A stretch of 63,877 bases of DNA, filler included, from Octopus bimaculoides (taxonomy: Eukaryota): assembly GCF_001194135.2 (NCBI RefSeq). It is 10 parts of 9 records of this genome, joined end to end, with 100 filler letters (N's around TTAATTAATTAA, not from the genome) between each part and the next. Parts side by side here need not be neighbours in the genome. Positions count along the whole stretch, not along the records: positions 18,401 to 30,811 come from NC_068981.1; positions 30,912 to 36,570 come from NC_069004.1; positions 36,671 to 41,251 come from NC_069005.1; 7 more parts are not named here. One strand, given 5' to 3'. The translations under genes were made by a program, and so were the position numbers. This document shows positions 24,471-38,482 of the stretch, piece after piece (positions within the stretch are counted from its first letter, which is position 1; each line of letters opens with the position of its first letter). The notes beneath the pieces were generated by a model, which saw nothing but the letters and a program-made list of their open reading frames with translations, made no database searches and was not told the origin of the DNA.

Positions 24471-26897
24471 GTGACATTAAAAACCTATTTCCGTTTTTAA
24501 GTGATGTGGCCCTAACTAAAGTTAAAGGAGGGCCTAGAAGCGAATAAACAAATGTTATTTCTAGAATTGTGCTACAACAACATACAACGCCCAATCTTCA
24601 ATGACGTAATATTAATGGCAACAGAAGAAAATACTATGCCATACCATTCTGCTGTTTCTAGCATATTTTGATGCTGTTATTGATGTTGTTGCTCTTAGGG
24701 TGTACACATTCCTACAGACACTAAATCCCTAACAGTTCTTTCTCTCTCTCTCTCTCTCTCCTCGCAAACCGCTCCACCACACAAGAAAGTGACACAGACA
24801 CCTAATTATTGGTGAAAGAATGTTTCAAACATTCCTATATTTCGGAACCATTCATTTACTTCGTAGCGTTAAAATATTTTTGGTGCCTTTTTTTCCATGT
24901 TGCATTCTAGATTGTCTTTGGGACATTGAGAAGAATATAAAAAAAAACAACTGGCACTCCATCGGTTACGACGCCGAGGTTCCCAGTTGATCCAATCGAC
25001 AGAACAGTCAGCTCGTGAAATGAACGTGCAAAATGGCGGAGCTAGCTACGGACACGCGTATCCTTTATGTAGTTCAAAAGTAGATTCAGCAGGACAAAAT
25101 ATGACAGGGCTGGACCTTTGAAAGACAGGGACTACTTATTTTTACCAGTTGTGTGAACTGGAGCAACGTGAAATAAAGGATACAATGCACCACTGAGAAA
25201 CGAACTCGCGACCTTTTCTTTGCTAGCCAAATATCCTAGCCACCAAGCCACGCGCCTTCAAAAACACTTCGGAGACAAAACAAGACATCTAAGTGCAAAT
25301 ATTTATAATGAACCAAGGATGGTTTAAAGTTACAGTGCCACAGTCAGTCTATACTTAACTTTGAAAACAGGCAAATGACATCTGCATGGAGATACGAAAT
25401 TAAATCTCATCAAAAATGGCAGAAGTTGAGATGCATATAAAAGTTGGAGGTGACATGGGTAAAACTCATTACATATATGAATACAATGTATACATTGCAC
25501 GTATCGCCCGCAAGATTTTCATTTTTGTTTTCCCCAAAGATAAGCAATTTCTTAATAATTTTCGTAAAATATTTGAAAATATATTCAAAAGATAATTCAA
25601 GAGAAAATAGGTGCAGATTACCTGGTGGAAGATTGGAAACGAGAAACTCGGACTACTGGAAGTGATGTACATTTCAGTCATAATGCATTAAAGAATACTC
25701 TACATCAAGTATCGAGTTCAGGAATTTATCGTTCCTTGGAGAATCAACAGAAATTATATATATNNNNNNNNNNNNNNNNNNNNNNNNNNNNNNNNNNNNN
25801 NNNNNNNNNNNNNNNNNNNNNNNNNNNNNNNNNNNNNNNNNNNNNNNNNNNNNNNNNNNNNNNNNNNNNNNNNNNNNNNNNNNNNNNNNNNNNNNNNNNN
25901 NNNNNNNNNNNNNNNNNNNNNNNNNNNNNNNNNNNNNNNNNNNNNNNNNNNNNNNNNNNNNNNNNNNNNNNNNNNNNNNNNNNNNNNNNNNNNNNNNNNN
26001 NNATATATATATATATATATATATAAGTAACGAAGATGTACAGGTGTCAATTCATGAATCGATACCTGTATATTTTTGTTACTCATCTTATTTATCTAAC
26101 TTGGAATCTGCACTTCGGAAATACTATAGAAAGTACCTTTATTAAAAGTACATGTCTGAATTACCAAGTATAGATATCTTCACTCAGCTGGGTTGTGTTG
26201 TCTACACACATGACAGGAATATTGGGTACAAACACCCCTACATGGAGTCTTGATATTCAATATTTAATTAATATTGTTTGAGTGTGCGGATTATACCGAC
26301 CTAGCAAGGTGCCTCAATTTAAGAACCTCAGTCAAGGGAATCTTAATCATATATATATAATATATATNNNNNNNNNNNNNNNNNNNNNNNNNNNNNNNNN
26401 NNNNNNNNNNNNNNNNNNNNNNNNNNNNNNNNNNNNNNNNNNNNNNNNNNNNNNNNNNNNNNNNNNNTGGTGGTGGTGGTGGTGGTGGTAGTAGTAACTG
26501 GGGTAGTAGCAGTAAATGGGGTGGTAGTAGTAGGCATAGTGGTAGTTTACTTCATTGATAAAATGCCAGTATTTCCTAATAGGAAAGCGAAATCTACCCC
26601 ATTGTATGACTGGTACTAATAATATTGTCCAAGAGGAAAGACGATGAACATGTACAGCGAACTTGAAATGTCTTTTGTTCTCCTCTCAATGGTTTATGTT
26701 GTTTACAAATTCCTCCGTCTTTAGAATCACAGAAAACTGACGGAATGATCAACATAGCCATTTAAAGGGTCGACAGTGCCTTTAATACGTGGTACCTATT
26801 ACCAGCCAAGAGGACTGAGCCATTTAAGAGAAAATCAATTGTTATTGTGTAGTCCCTGGGTCTGTGTCCGGGTGATAAGTTAATCCGTTCTAACTAC

Positions 26898-26925
26898 ATA
26901 AGTACGAGTGGCCACTCGTACTTAT
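26898..26925. repeat. 28-bp perfect palindrome
   Basis: ATAAGTACGAGTGGCCACTCGTACTTAT. Confidence 0.95.
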
Positions 26926-27111
26926 ATGATTTCCAGAGACAAGAAACTTCGATAATGTCGAACAGCGTTTTTAGCCTCATATATCGAACTTTCAATACCT
27001 TTAATTGGAATATCCCTTACATGCGCGTACAGATATTTATAAAAGTTTTAGGCAAATTCTTAGTTTTTGTTTTCTTGTTTAGATTTGTGTTTGTTCGTAT
27101 CGGAGCATATA

Positions 27112-27334
27112 CAGTAATCCCTCGGCTACCGAGGGTGCTACGTTCCGAAACCCCACGCGATAGATGAAAATCCGCGAGGTAGAAACAATACCGCACTGTA
27201 TAATTTTTTTTGTTATTTTTATAATTTGTGTATATTTATTTTATTATGAATGCAAAACAACACCACAGAGGAATCGACGTAAGCTTAAATAATAAACCGC
27301 GATAAGCGAACCACGATATGGCGAGCGATTACTG
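27112..27334. mobile_element. pogo/Tigger-type MITE
   Basis: TA|CAGTAATCCCTCGGCTACCG ... CGATATGGCGAGCGATTACTG|TA. Imperfect TIRs, TA duplication, 223 bp, non-coding. Confidence 0.85.
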
Positions 27335-27622
27335 TAATGGCATTTTATAGAATACCATCTGGTGTCCTTCACTGTATGTGTCGTTGACAGGGCATCAGTG
27401 CGCCTCACAATCTCTTGACTTGCTACAAGCAGTGGTGAAATCTCATTCAAATTTCAGTTCCTTCTTATAAAATGGAGGACAGTCAACTACATTAGACAAC
27501 GAAATAATACAAGTCGATGACATAACAGAAATATACAGGGACAATCCATAGACACCCTCCCACCTATGCATAGGGTGGTGCTCCAACATGGTCCCAGTGA
27601 AATGACAAACAAATAAAAGAAT

Positions 27623-28008
27623 GGCGCAGGAATGGCTGTATGGTAAGTAGCTTGCTTACCAGCCACATGGTTCCGGGTTCAGTCTCACTGCGTGGCAACT
27701 TGGGCAAGTGTCTTCTACTATAGCTTCGGGCCGACCAAAGCCTTGTGAGTGGATTTGGTAGACGGAAACTGAAAGAAGCCCGTCATATATATATATATGG
27801 TTGTGTGTGTCTGTATTTGTCCCTGCAACATCGCTTGGCAACTGATGCTGGTGTATTTACGCCCCCGTAATTTAGCGGTTCGGCAAAAGAGACCTATAGA
27901 TTAAGTACCAAGCTTACATTACAAAGAATAAGTTCTGGGGGCGATTTGTTCGACTAAAGGCAGTGCTCCAGCATGGCCGGAGTCAAATGACAAACAAATG
28001 AAAGAAAA
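27623..28008 (+). mobile_element. SINE family B, full length
   Basis: Same bipartite layout as 19696-20085. Confidence 0.9.
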
Positions 28009-28099
28009 ATATATATCTATATGTATATACGCATGTATGTGTGTGTGTATGTGTGTGTGTATATATATATATATATATGTGTGTGTGTATGTGTGTATT

Positions 28100-28180
<81 letters not shown>

Positions 28181-28727
28181 GCGTGTGTATGTGTGTGTGT
28201 GTATGTGTGTATGTATGAATGCGTGTTTTTGTATGCATAAATGTATATGTGTTTGTATATGGTGTGTCTGATTATGCGTGTGAGGTTGGGTGAGCGAGAA
28301 AGTAATCCCTGGAGTGATAGTCAGAAGCCAGGTGGGAGACACTTAAATAAACACCAACACATACGCGACACTAAAAGACCGCAAGTCTTACACAATTGGC
28401 TCTTATTTGTCTCCTGTTTGTCTCCATGTCGAAGTAAAAGTTAAACAGGAAGGTATTGATTAAAACGCATGACGGCATTAATAGACTCGCAGACTAGAAA
28501 TCGCTGATGCTTTCATTTAACACGGATAAAAGTGAAAAAGATGAGAGGGAGGCTGTTTGAAGGAGAGAGAATGGAAAGAGAGAGAAGGAGAGCAAGAGAG
28601 AAGGAGAGCAGGACAAACATGGATGGCTTAAAGATATAACACGAAAAGATAAGCAAGGTTGTTTAATCTTTATGCGTGAGTGTGTGTTGTGTGCGTGATT
28701 AAATCTCATTGCATATTTGTGTATGGT

Positions 28728-29098
28728 GGAGGTGCAATGGCACAGTGGTTATGGCAGAGGACTCGCCGTTGTAGGATCGCGGTTTCGATTCCCAGAGCGT
28801 TGTGAGTGTTTACTGAGCGAAACCACCTAAACCTCCACGAGGCTCCGGCAGGGGTGGTAGCGAACCCTGCTGTATTTCATCATAACTTTCTCTCACTCTT
28901 TCTTCCTGTTTCTGTTGTACCTGTATTTCAAAGGGCCAGCCTTGTCACACTGTGTCACGCTGAATCTCCCCGAGGAATACATTAAGGGTACACGTGTCTG
29001 TGGAGTGCTCAGCCACTTGCACGTTAATTTTACGAGCCGGCTGTTCCGTTGATCGGATCAACTGGAACCCTCGTCGTCGTAACCGACGGTGTACCACG
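28728..29098 (+). mobile_element. tRNA-derived SINE family C
   Basis: A box TGGCACAGTGG, B box GGTTTCGATTCCC, body ending GTCGTCGTAACCGACGG. Related copies at about 24952-25258 (-), 33295-33490 (-), 39331-39663 (-), 42645-42870 (+). Confidence 0.88.
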
Positions 29099-29429
29099 TA
29101 TTTGTGTATGAGTGTGTGTTAGTGTCTGTACGTGTTTCTGTATGGAAATGTGAGTGTGTGTGCGTGTATAAATGAGTATACGTTTAAGTGTATATGAGCA
29201 TTTTATCTTATACTTAACCGCCATCTGCCCAAGCCACTTCTCACTCTGACCTCCCCTCTCTCAGACTCTCCAGCTTATATTGCAGTACCTATCCCAGCCC
29301 CTCTCTCTCACTACTTCGTACTTCTCGCTTTCCATTTCTGGGCAGTGTATAATTTAGACCTTGACACTGGATTGTCTAACCTATCTGTTGCTCACATTTA
29401 TATAGTTTATATCTGTGTGTGTGTGTGTG

Positions 29430-29488
<59 letters not shown>

Positions 29489-29728
29489 CATGCTATATTT
29501 ACTTAAACGAAAAAGAGTTGCCAGTTACTTCGAAGTTTCGTCTATGTAGCCTTTATTCTACCTGTTACAGGAGCGGACATAAATCAACACAGGTNNNNNN
29601 NNNNACATGCTATATTTACTTAAACGAAAAAGAGTTGCCAGTTACTTCGAAGTTTCGTCTATGTAGCCTTTATTCTACCTGTTACAGGAGCGGACATAAA
29701 TCAACACAGGTTGTCAAGCGTTGTGACG

Positions 29729-29791
<63 letters not shown>

Positions 29792-31169
29792 GGGCTATAT
29801 AGTAGAAGATTGTTGCCAAGTTTCCGCGCAATGAGACTGAACCTGAACCACCGTGCTTGCAAAGTGAACTTCTTAACCACACAGCCTCTGATAATATTTT
29901 CAAGGTTGTTTTGGTAGAAACGGTAAGGGTCCACATTTAATGACGCATCCGATTCGTTTCTCTGCGTTCCAGCTTCAAAATCGACCGAGGTTGACTAATT
30001 TCTGTTCGTCCGGAATCGACATGATCATCGTTTAAATGACTAGTCTTAAATGGGTCAAACGGGAACCACACAAGCAAGCTTTTCCACGGACGGATGCCCT
30101 TTCTGCCACCAACTCTCACCTGTTTCCCAACGAAGGTGACATCCTCCCCACCCCACCCATGGCCAGACATGTTTTTCACGGAAGATTAGAAATGAATAAC
30201 GTTCATTTACAACCACCATTGTCAAGACCTGGTCACATGTACACACACAACAACAACAACAAAGGGCTTCTTTCAGTTTCCGTCCACCGAATCCATTCTC
30301 AGATCGGTCCGCGGCTACAGCAGAAGACATGTACCTAAGATGCTGCACACTGAAACTGAACGCAAAACCACATGGTTGGGAAGCACGCCTCTAACCCATA
30401 CAGCAATGTCTTCACCAAATACATTTTATTGCTTCACCCAAGATCGAGAGGCTGCGAATGTCTTCTTCGACGACTCTGCCATTGATGAAGCCGATGCGGT
30501 CAATGTTTATATTTAAAACATGTTGGATATCAGATATAATGAAAACACTGGAAGCACGAGAACACCAGTGAGAAGGATGGTTTTACGTAGAAGGATGGTG
30601 TTCGGTGGTTAATGTGAGTTTTTGGGACGGAGCACAAAACAGAAAACGAATGAAAGAGAGCAGAGCATGTTCGGTGGATATGGCAGGCCATGATCTGATT
30701 GCTACTAGTAATATACTGGGGATCATTAAACTTATTTTTAAGTGAGTCAATGTCGGCCGCTATGATTAAACCAAAATCATTAACAATAGATTAATATCAG
30801 AGCTTTGTGCANNNNNNNNNNNNNNNNNNNNNNNNNNNNNNNNNNNNNNNNNNNNTTAATTAATTAANNNNNNNNNNNNNNNNNNNNNNNNNNNNNNNNN
30901 NNNNNNNNNNNAAGAGCATCAATACATGTCAGAGTGACAAAGAAACGAGGAATGTATCAGGTGGTCGTGAGGTGTGCTAAAAATAACAGCTAAATTGCCC
31001 TTACATCACACGCAAAATTCTTTTGCATAATCATATAAATTCTCATGTGTAGAACACAAATTCGCAAGACTTTTTTGAAAATTCCGAAGACTAAAACAGT
31101 TATGAAGGGTTATATGGCGTGCTTAAACCAGAATTCCACCGGTGTGTTTTGACTGGGTTTGGCCGGAGG

Positions 31170-31400
31170 TAGTATTCTTCCTTCCTATCCCTTGACCATG
31201 TGGTCGTCAGGGCATTCGTTGATGACGTCGTAACCAGATTTCGCAACTTTTCTCGGTCTTCTGCTGCCCTGTGTGAGTTGGTAAAATTGAGGTCTGTCCA
31301 TTCTTTGACGTCAACCCGGGCGACGTCCGATTCTGCATGGGTTCTGGTCTGGCTCATCATCATGAGTGTATCATAGGCAAGTTAGCTTGGCAGCATCAAT
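31170..31400 (-). mobile_element. RTE-clade LINE 3' end fragment
   Basis: DVKEWTDLNFTNSHRAAEDREKLRNLVTTSS, typical RTE C-terminus. Confidence 0.7.
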
Positions 31401-31602
31401 TCCTCTCCGAGCTGTTAGCCACCACCGTCTGCCTCTATCTGAGGCACGCCTTGATCCCGAACACTACGAAGTTGACGTGAACCGGCCCCTCCGTCCTAGT
31501 TGGGAAATCTTACCCGGAGTTTTTCGCCAACAGATGCAGTGTTAACACCATCCAGTCAACTTAGTTTAGCCCACCAACTGAAGTGGGGGATGGGATGTGA
31601 CA

Positions 31603-31924
31603 CTTCTGCAAGTTCTTTCATTCAAACAAGCTTTCCTATAAACTGAGTGTATGTCTTGATTCGCTTCGGCTGCAGAGGTTCCTTTTTTTTGTACTCATAA
31701 AGCATTATGTGCCTCAAATACTCTTTGGATACTTCCATGTTAGAAAGGGTTTTAATCAAAGAAATTTTAATTCTATTATTCTGTAAAATGATATTTAATT
31801 AGTTTAAATGTACACAAATGCATAAAAAGTAATTTTTTAATTCCATTAGACATTCTAAAATACAATTAAATATCATTCAATTTTAAAAAAGATAAAATCG
31901 GACAGAACTTATGGGATGACCTGA
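31603..31924 (-). mobile_element. 5' fragment of the same mariner family as 6642-8010
   Basis: Same TIR (…ATCGGACAGAACTTATGGGATGACCTGA|TA) and N-terminal coding sequence, with intact ATG. Confidence 0.9.
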
Positions 31925-32699
31925 TATATTTTAAAACGTTACTTTCATCCGCACTCTATATATTTTAAAACGCCCCTATGATGTATCCTCTCTATTCTAA
32001 TACATATTCGATGTGTTCTAAAATGTATCATATGAGCTTTGATACAAACTCAAATTTTTATTATATATTGTAATAAGTATACTACAATTTTTTTCACTAT
32101 CTTTATATACTGTAACAGTTATACTACAGTGTATAGACTGGTACAAAGAATCTAATAGATATACTACAATACTATATATAAGTATGTATATACTCTAATA
32201 ATATACCACAATCTAATCATTATATTTGTAGAGGGCGCGCGAAAACAGTGTTGGAAGTAAGCAAATATTTAGATCAGTTCAAATATGTTTGGGACATATT
32301 TTACCAGTACAAAGTCCGAACTCACTTCTATTCTGCTAAGGAGAACCTTTCTCGCTTCAGGCAATATACATTGATAACTAGCAACATTCATTTCAAGGCG
32401 CCCTCTCTCGGCAGAGCTGTGAATGCATTCCTGGCCTCTTGGCTATCAGCAGTCATTCCAGGGTTGTCTCTCTTGCAAGAAATGTTCTGAACGGCAAATA
32501 GAAGTGAATATGGCCTTTTATACAAATCGAATATGTCCCAAACATTTAAATTAGTATTTATAAACTATAATCTTTTACTATATATTAGTATCTGTATATT
32601 ATAACCTTTTATTTTTCTCGCTGCTTTCGTAGATTTCTATGACTTTCTGTCATCATCCAATTCCGTCATTATGAATTTGAATAAGGAACTTGAGTCACA

Positions 32700-32960
32700 G
32701 TGAATCTTTCGTTATGGACGCCACTCCTATGGATGTGTTGCAGTTACTCTCTAGGCAAGAGTTTGGTGATCCTGACCAATCGATCTTCTAGAATTCCTCC
32801 GTTCAGCATCAATGTAAGTAACACAGTTGGCTCAGTTGAGCTCTTCCGCTACCTCTTCACAATCCACCATGCTGCAGTCCCATGACTTTGTTGTATCTCT
32901 GGAAGGGTGGCTAAAAGGGTTCTATACCTTGCCAAAGGGCAAACTGTTACTATGCAGGGT
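32700..32960 (+). mobile_element. Old L2-like LINE RT fragment
   Basis: SLGKSLVILTNR...PPFSINVSNTVGSVELFRYL resembles the post-YADD PLxIxGxxVxxVxxFKYLG motif. Confidence 0.4.
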
Positions 32961-33219
32961 ATGGTCGTCACTCTGTGAGTATTTTCAAAATACCCGCATA
33001 CCAAAGCTACAATCTATATTATTATAATAGATATCATACAATCTGCATACTTGTCCTTATTTCCTAATATCCATATTTTGTAATATATACCCTGTGCACT
33101 TGCACAAATACACTATGTACATTACCGTGTGCTCTATATTGTCTTACGTACGGCCTATATAACCTGCTCTTTGAGAGAGTGGGATTGGTCTGGCTTTCAC
33201 CGTTCCTTGAGATAGAGAT

Positions 33220-33295
<76 letters not shown>

Positions 33296-33534
33296 GCTGA
33301 GTACTCTACAGACACGCGTACCCTTAACGTAGTTCTCAAGGAAATCCAGCGTGACTCAGAGTGTGATAAAGCTGACTCATTGAATAACAGGTACAACTCA
33401 TTTTTGCCAGCTGAGTGGACTGGAGCAAAGAGAAATAGAATATCTTGCTCAAGAACAAAACTCGCTGCTGGGAATCGAACTTACGCTCATACGATCATAC
33501 ACACAGACACAGACACACACACACAGACACACAG

Positions 33535-33571
<37 letters not shown>

Positions 33572-34331
33572 TACACACATGTATGTATATATTGGTGATT
33601 GCTCCGTCTTCACGGATGACTGCAGTCACCTTGTGCTTTCTCGTAGTCAATAGCATCTCCGACTTTCCGTCCATGACTTCTCAGATAAGTATTCAGTCTC
33701 GTTGCAGATCTGAATGGTTTGGATCATAGATAATAGAGGAAAGTTGTAACTTTCTACGTGCCTTTAATTTATTAGATCTACACACATCACCACTCTTCTT
33801 TTACCATAGGACTTTCAGCAGATGGGATGACGATTAAGGCCATCATTAAGAGACATCTGTGCCTCATGGGATTATAGTAATAAACATTTTTGCAACACGA
33901 GTACCTCTGACTTTCCGTCATTATACCAAGAAACAGTCCGAAGTGAGATGACCACTTACCACGTAAATTTTCATGTTTTACCTCAGTGTCCCTCTCTTAG
34001 AAAGATACTGTAACAACAACTTGCGGTCCTTTACCCCCATTAGTTTTACTGCACGTTCTGATACCGACAAAGTATTTCTGTGCCTTCGCATTCACATGGA
34101 TTGTGATCACATATGCTAACTAACCGATAATTGGATTCCAACTACAAGATGCATTTTAAATCCATGCCCACGGCATACATATATATTCAACAACACTAAC
34201 GTTGCTTTTAATTCATAATTGAATCTAATATTACGTATGCCTGGTCGTAGCATTACCAGCAAATAGTTCTTCATAGACTGGCTACATTTTTTCTCCTCCC
34301 ATTCAGGGGTCAGAACAATTTTCTCTGTCTA

Positions 34332-34419
<88 letters not shown>

Positions 34420-34912
34420 GTTGATTGTTTTCAGCCATCACCATCACCAGTACCACTACCATCGCCACCACAACTACCATGCACACACCATTCAGACTTC
34501 TGACACCTCCACCATCAATACCTTTGATTCCGCCGCCTTCCCCTCCACCACCATCACCACTGACTTTCACATCGCTTACTATCAACATTGTCCCTGACTG
34601 CTTCAGTTACCACCACCACCACCACCACCATCACCACCATCACCACCGTCGCATCCGCCTCTATCATAACTACAGCTCATACTATTACTATCACCCCATT
34701 ACCATCACAACTGTCAATCTACTACCTTCTCTATGCCTACTATTGCTCTCATCCCAACATGAGCAATAGTAGGAGTGCCAATGAATAGTGAGATGTGGGA
34801 TCGAAGTGTGACACACTGCCACACAGAATGATCAAGTGCTTTCTACTATAACCTCAGATCAACCAAAGCCTTATGAGTGGACTTGGTAGAAGGAAACTGT
34901 AAGAAACCCGTC

Positions 34913-34946
<34 letters not shown>

Positions 34947-36073
34947 NNNNNNNNNNNNNNNNNNNNNNNNNNNNNNNNNNNNNNNNNNNNNNNNNNNNNN
35001 NNNNNNNNNNNNNNNNNNNNNNNNNNNNNNNNNNNNNNNNNNNNNNNNNNNNNNNNNNNNNNNNNNNNNNNNNNNNNNNNNNNNNNNNNNNNNNNNNNNN
35101 NNNNNNNNNNNNNNNNNNNNNNNNNNNNNNNNNNNNNNNNNNNNNNNNNNNNNNNNNNNNNNNNNNNNNNNNNNNNNNNNNNNNNNNNNNNNNNNNNNNN
35201 NNNNNNNNNNNNNNNNNNNNNNNNNNNNNNNNNNNNNNNNNNNNNNNNNNNNNNNNNNNNNNNNNNNNNNNNNNNNNNNNNNNNNNNNNNNNNNNNNNNN
35301 NNNNNNNNNNNNNNNNNNNNNNNNNNNNNNNNNNNNNNNNNNNNNNNNNNNNNNNNNNNNNNNNNNNNNNNNNNNNNNNNNNNNNNNNNNNNNNNNNNNN
35401 NNNNNNNNNNNNNNNNNNNNNNNNNNNNNNNNNNNNNNNNNNNNNNNNNNNNNNNNNNNNNNNNNNNNNNNNNNNNNNNNNNNNNNNNNNNNNNNNNNNN
35501 NNNNNNNNNNNNNNNNNNNNNNNNNNNNNNNNNNNNNNNNNNNNNNNNNNNNNNNNNNNNNNNNNNNNNNNNNNNNNNNNNNNNNNNNNNNNNNNNNNNN
35601 NNNNNNNNNNNNNNNNNNNNNNNNNNNNNNNNNNNNNNNNNNNNNNNNNNNNNNNNNNNNNNNNNNNNNNNNNNNNNNNNNNNNNNNNNNNNNNNNNNNN
35701 NNNNNNNNNNNNNNNNNNNNNNNNNNNNNNNNNNNNNNNNNNNNNNNNNNNNNNNNNNNNNNNNNNNNNNNNNNNNNNNNNNNNNNNNNNNNNNNNNNNN
35801 NNNNNNNNNNNNNNTATATATATATATATATGAGTGTGTGTGTGTTAGGTCATGTTTGGGCACAGTGATACTGACAGTATAGTGTTAGGACTGAATATAC
35901 ATACACTTGAGTGTAAAACGTTAGAGGAGTACAGAGCGTCAAACGAAATTAAACAGAGATGACAGGTAAACAGGAATTACGTGGTGTCTATGTATGTATG
36001 TATGTATGTATGTGTGTGTGTGTTTGAAAGTAAAGAGTGTGATACATTGTTATAATTAAAAGGCAGGTGAGGT

Positions 36074-36110
<37 letters not shown>

Positions 36111-36466
36111 ATGCGATATTTATGTAATAGATCCAGAGACAGATTTGCATCTACGCATTATTTCTATATTTCAAAACGACGTATATATTGCACACACACA
36201 CACACACACATACACACACACACACGCTCACACACAAACGCACACATGCTCACACGCAAACACGCCGGCTGTTATTCGATGTATTCAGGTAAGTATAGGG
36301 TTTTACATTTGCTTATATAGTTCCGTACATATTTCCTGCTCATCACGTTCTCTTCTGCAATATCATAACACCACCCCAATAAATAAAAAAATACGCTTAA
36401 GATGCCAACAGCACCTGCGACTATCACGACGGCTATATAACTACTACTACTACTACCACCACCACC

Positions 36467-36499
<33 letters not shown>

Positions 36500-36670
36500 G
36501 CTGCTACTGCTGCTACTGCTTCTGCTGCTTCTGCTGCTGCTGCTACCACCACTACCATCGCCACCACCACNNNNNNNNNNNNNNNNNNNNNNNNNNNNNN
36601 NNNNNNNNNNNNNNTTAATTAATTAANNNNNNNNNNNNNNNNNNNNNNNNNNNNNNNNNNNNNNNNNNNN

Positions 36671-36701
<31 letters not shown>

Positions 36702-37179
36702 GTATATGTATAGAGTATTAGGTGTAATATACAGAATTGAATATTGAGAAAAAAATCGTCAGAATTTTTGGAAAAAACTCCTTTTATTTGTTCATTATTA
36801 TTAGTGCTTTTGTTCCTCTCTAGAACTTGAGAAGATGTTTGCGAATTCCGTATCTTCCGAATTTACCTCAGAATGGCTATGATAAAATAGAGGCTATATC
36901 GTCGGAGATGAACTATTGAAATTTTGAAATATACTGCCCAGAGGAACAGGAAGACATTTTGTAAAGCAGGAGTTTTTCTTTTAGAGTGTTAAAATTTTAT
37001 TTACAATTTTATTTAAAATTCTGAAAAGAAAAAATGAAAACAAAGTGAAAAATATTCTATTCAATCTGGAACATTAACTTATTGATTTATTGGCCTATTG
37101 ATCTGTTAACTCATTGTTCTTTTAAATTTATGAAGTGTTAATCTGATCTATTAACACTCTAATCTGCTTTAATCTATCT

Positions 37180-37830
37180 ATCTGGTAACCTACTGATCTG
37201 TCAGCATCGTAAACCGACTTACCATTTAACCAGCTAATCTACTTAGCCTACTCATATGTTAAACTAATCCGTTAGCCATCTTAGCTGTTAACCAACTGAT
37301 CTGTTAACCAACTAACCTGTTAACCTACTTATTTGTTAAACAACTAATATAGTAAGGTACTGATTTGCTAACCAAGTGCGGCCATGCTGGGGCAACGTCA
37401 TGAAGAATTTTTACTCGAATGAATCAACCCCAGGGCTTATTATTTTCTAAAGCCTGGTCTCTTTTGCTGAGCCACTAAGCTACAGGGACGTAAATACACC
37501 AACGCCGGTTGTCACAAATACAGACTGAAAGACACACATACACAAAAAATCACAAACACACACACACACACATATATATGACGGGCTTCTTTCAGTTTCC
37601 GTCTACCAAATCCACTCACAAGGCTTTGGTCGCCTCAAAACTATAGTAGAAAACACGTGCCTAAGGTGCCACGTAGTGGGAATGAACCGAGAACTATGTG
37701 GTTAAGAAGTAAGCATCTTACCACACAGCCACGCATACAAGCAACTGATATATTAAGCTACTTATGTGTTAACCCACTAATACGTTGACCAACTAATCTA
37801 TTAACACACTGACCTGTTAATACACTTCTG
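37180..37830. repeat. Degenerate 16-bp-period minisatellite split by a SINE
   Basis: Units such as CCAACTGATCTGTTAA, CCAACTAACCTGTTAA, CCTACTTATTTGTTAA before the SINE and GCAACTGATATATTAA, CCAACTAATCTATTAA, CACACTGACCTGTTAA after it. Confidence 0.8.
37375..37735 (-). mobile_element. SINE family B, full length, inserted in a minisatellite
   Basis: Reverse head at 37578-37735, internal (CA)n(TA)n, tail at 37375-37510. Confidence 0.85.
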
Positions 37831-38282
37831 ACAAACTTATCTGCAGATCTACTTCTTATCTCTCGTTGCGAGATTTAAAAATAGTAATCTTGTACTCCTT
37901 ATCTGTTGACCTACAAATTTGTCCCCTTGTTGTAGGCAACGCTAATAATTTCAGACATTTAATTTGACATACGTTCTGTCGGTTCATCAATCAAGATGAC
38001 ACATTTCGTGTGGAATCAACAGACACAATTAATAAACTCTTGTACCATGTCATTAAAGACAACACTCCGGCCACTACTGACCGGTCAGTTTAGTGATTTA
38101 TCACATCACATTTTCATTTATTTCTGGGTGAAATATCTTTAATACAATTAACGGAGTGGGAACGAATATCGTCGTCATCGTCATCGCCATCATCATCAGC
38201 AGCAGCAGCAGAAGCAACAACAGCAGTAGCAGCAGCAGCAGTATTATCTCCATCATCATTATCATTATCATTGTTATCATCA

Positions 38283-38482
38283 AAGCGGCGAGCTGGCAGA
38301 AACGTTAGCACGCCGGGCAAAATACTTAGCGGTATTTCGTCTGCCGTTACGTTCTGAGTTCAAATTCCGCCGAGGTCGACTTTGCCTTTCATCCGTTCGG
38401 GGTCGATAAATTAAGTCCCAGTTACGCCCTGGGGTCGATGCAATCGACTTAATCCCTTTGTCTGTCCTTGTTTGTCCCCTCT
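38283..38482 (+). mobile_element. SINE family A
   Basis: Near-consensus head and core, runs into a gap. Confidence 0.9.

Noticed and set aside
28728-28800. tRNA-like A and B boxes
   Set aside because: They continue into a multi-copy SINE body and lack a complete cloverleaf. Treated as SINE heads, not tRNA genes.
29489-29712. Exact tandem duplication of about 106 bp
   Set aside because: The copies flank a 10-N gap, the pattern of unmerged overlapping contig ends. The same pattern occurs at 45718-45820 and 45962-46050.
37180-37830. Regularly spaced repeats as a possible CRISPR-like array
   Set aside because: Units are directly tandem with no unique spacers, the context is eukaryotic, and there are no cas genes.
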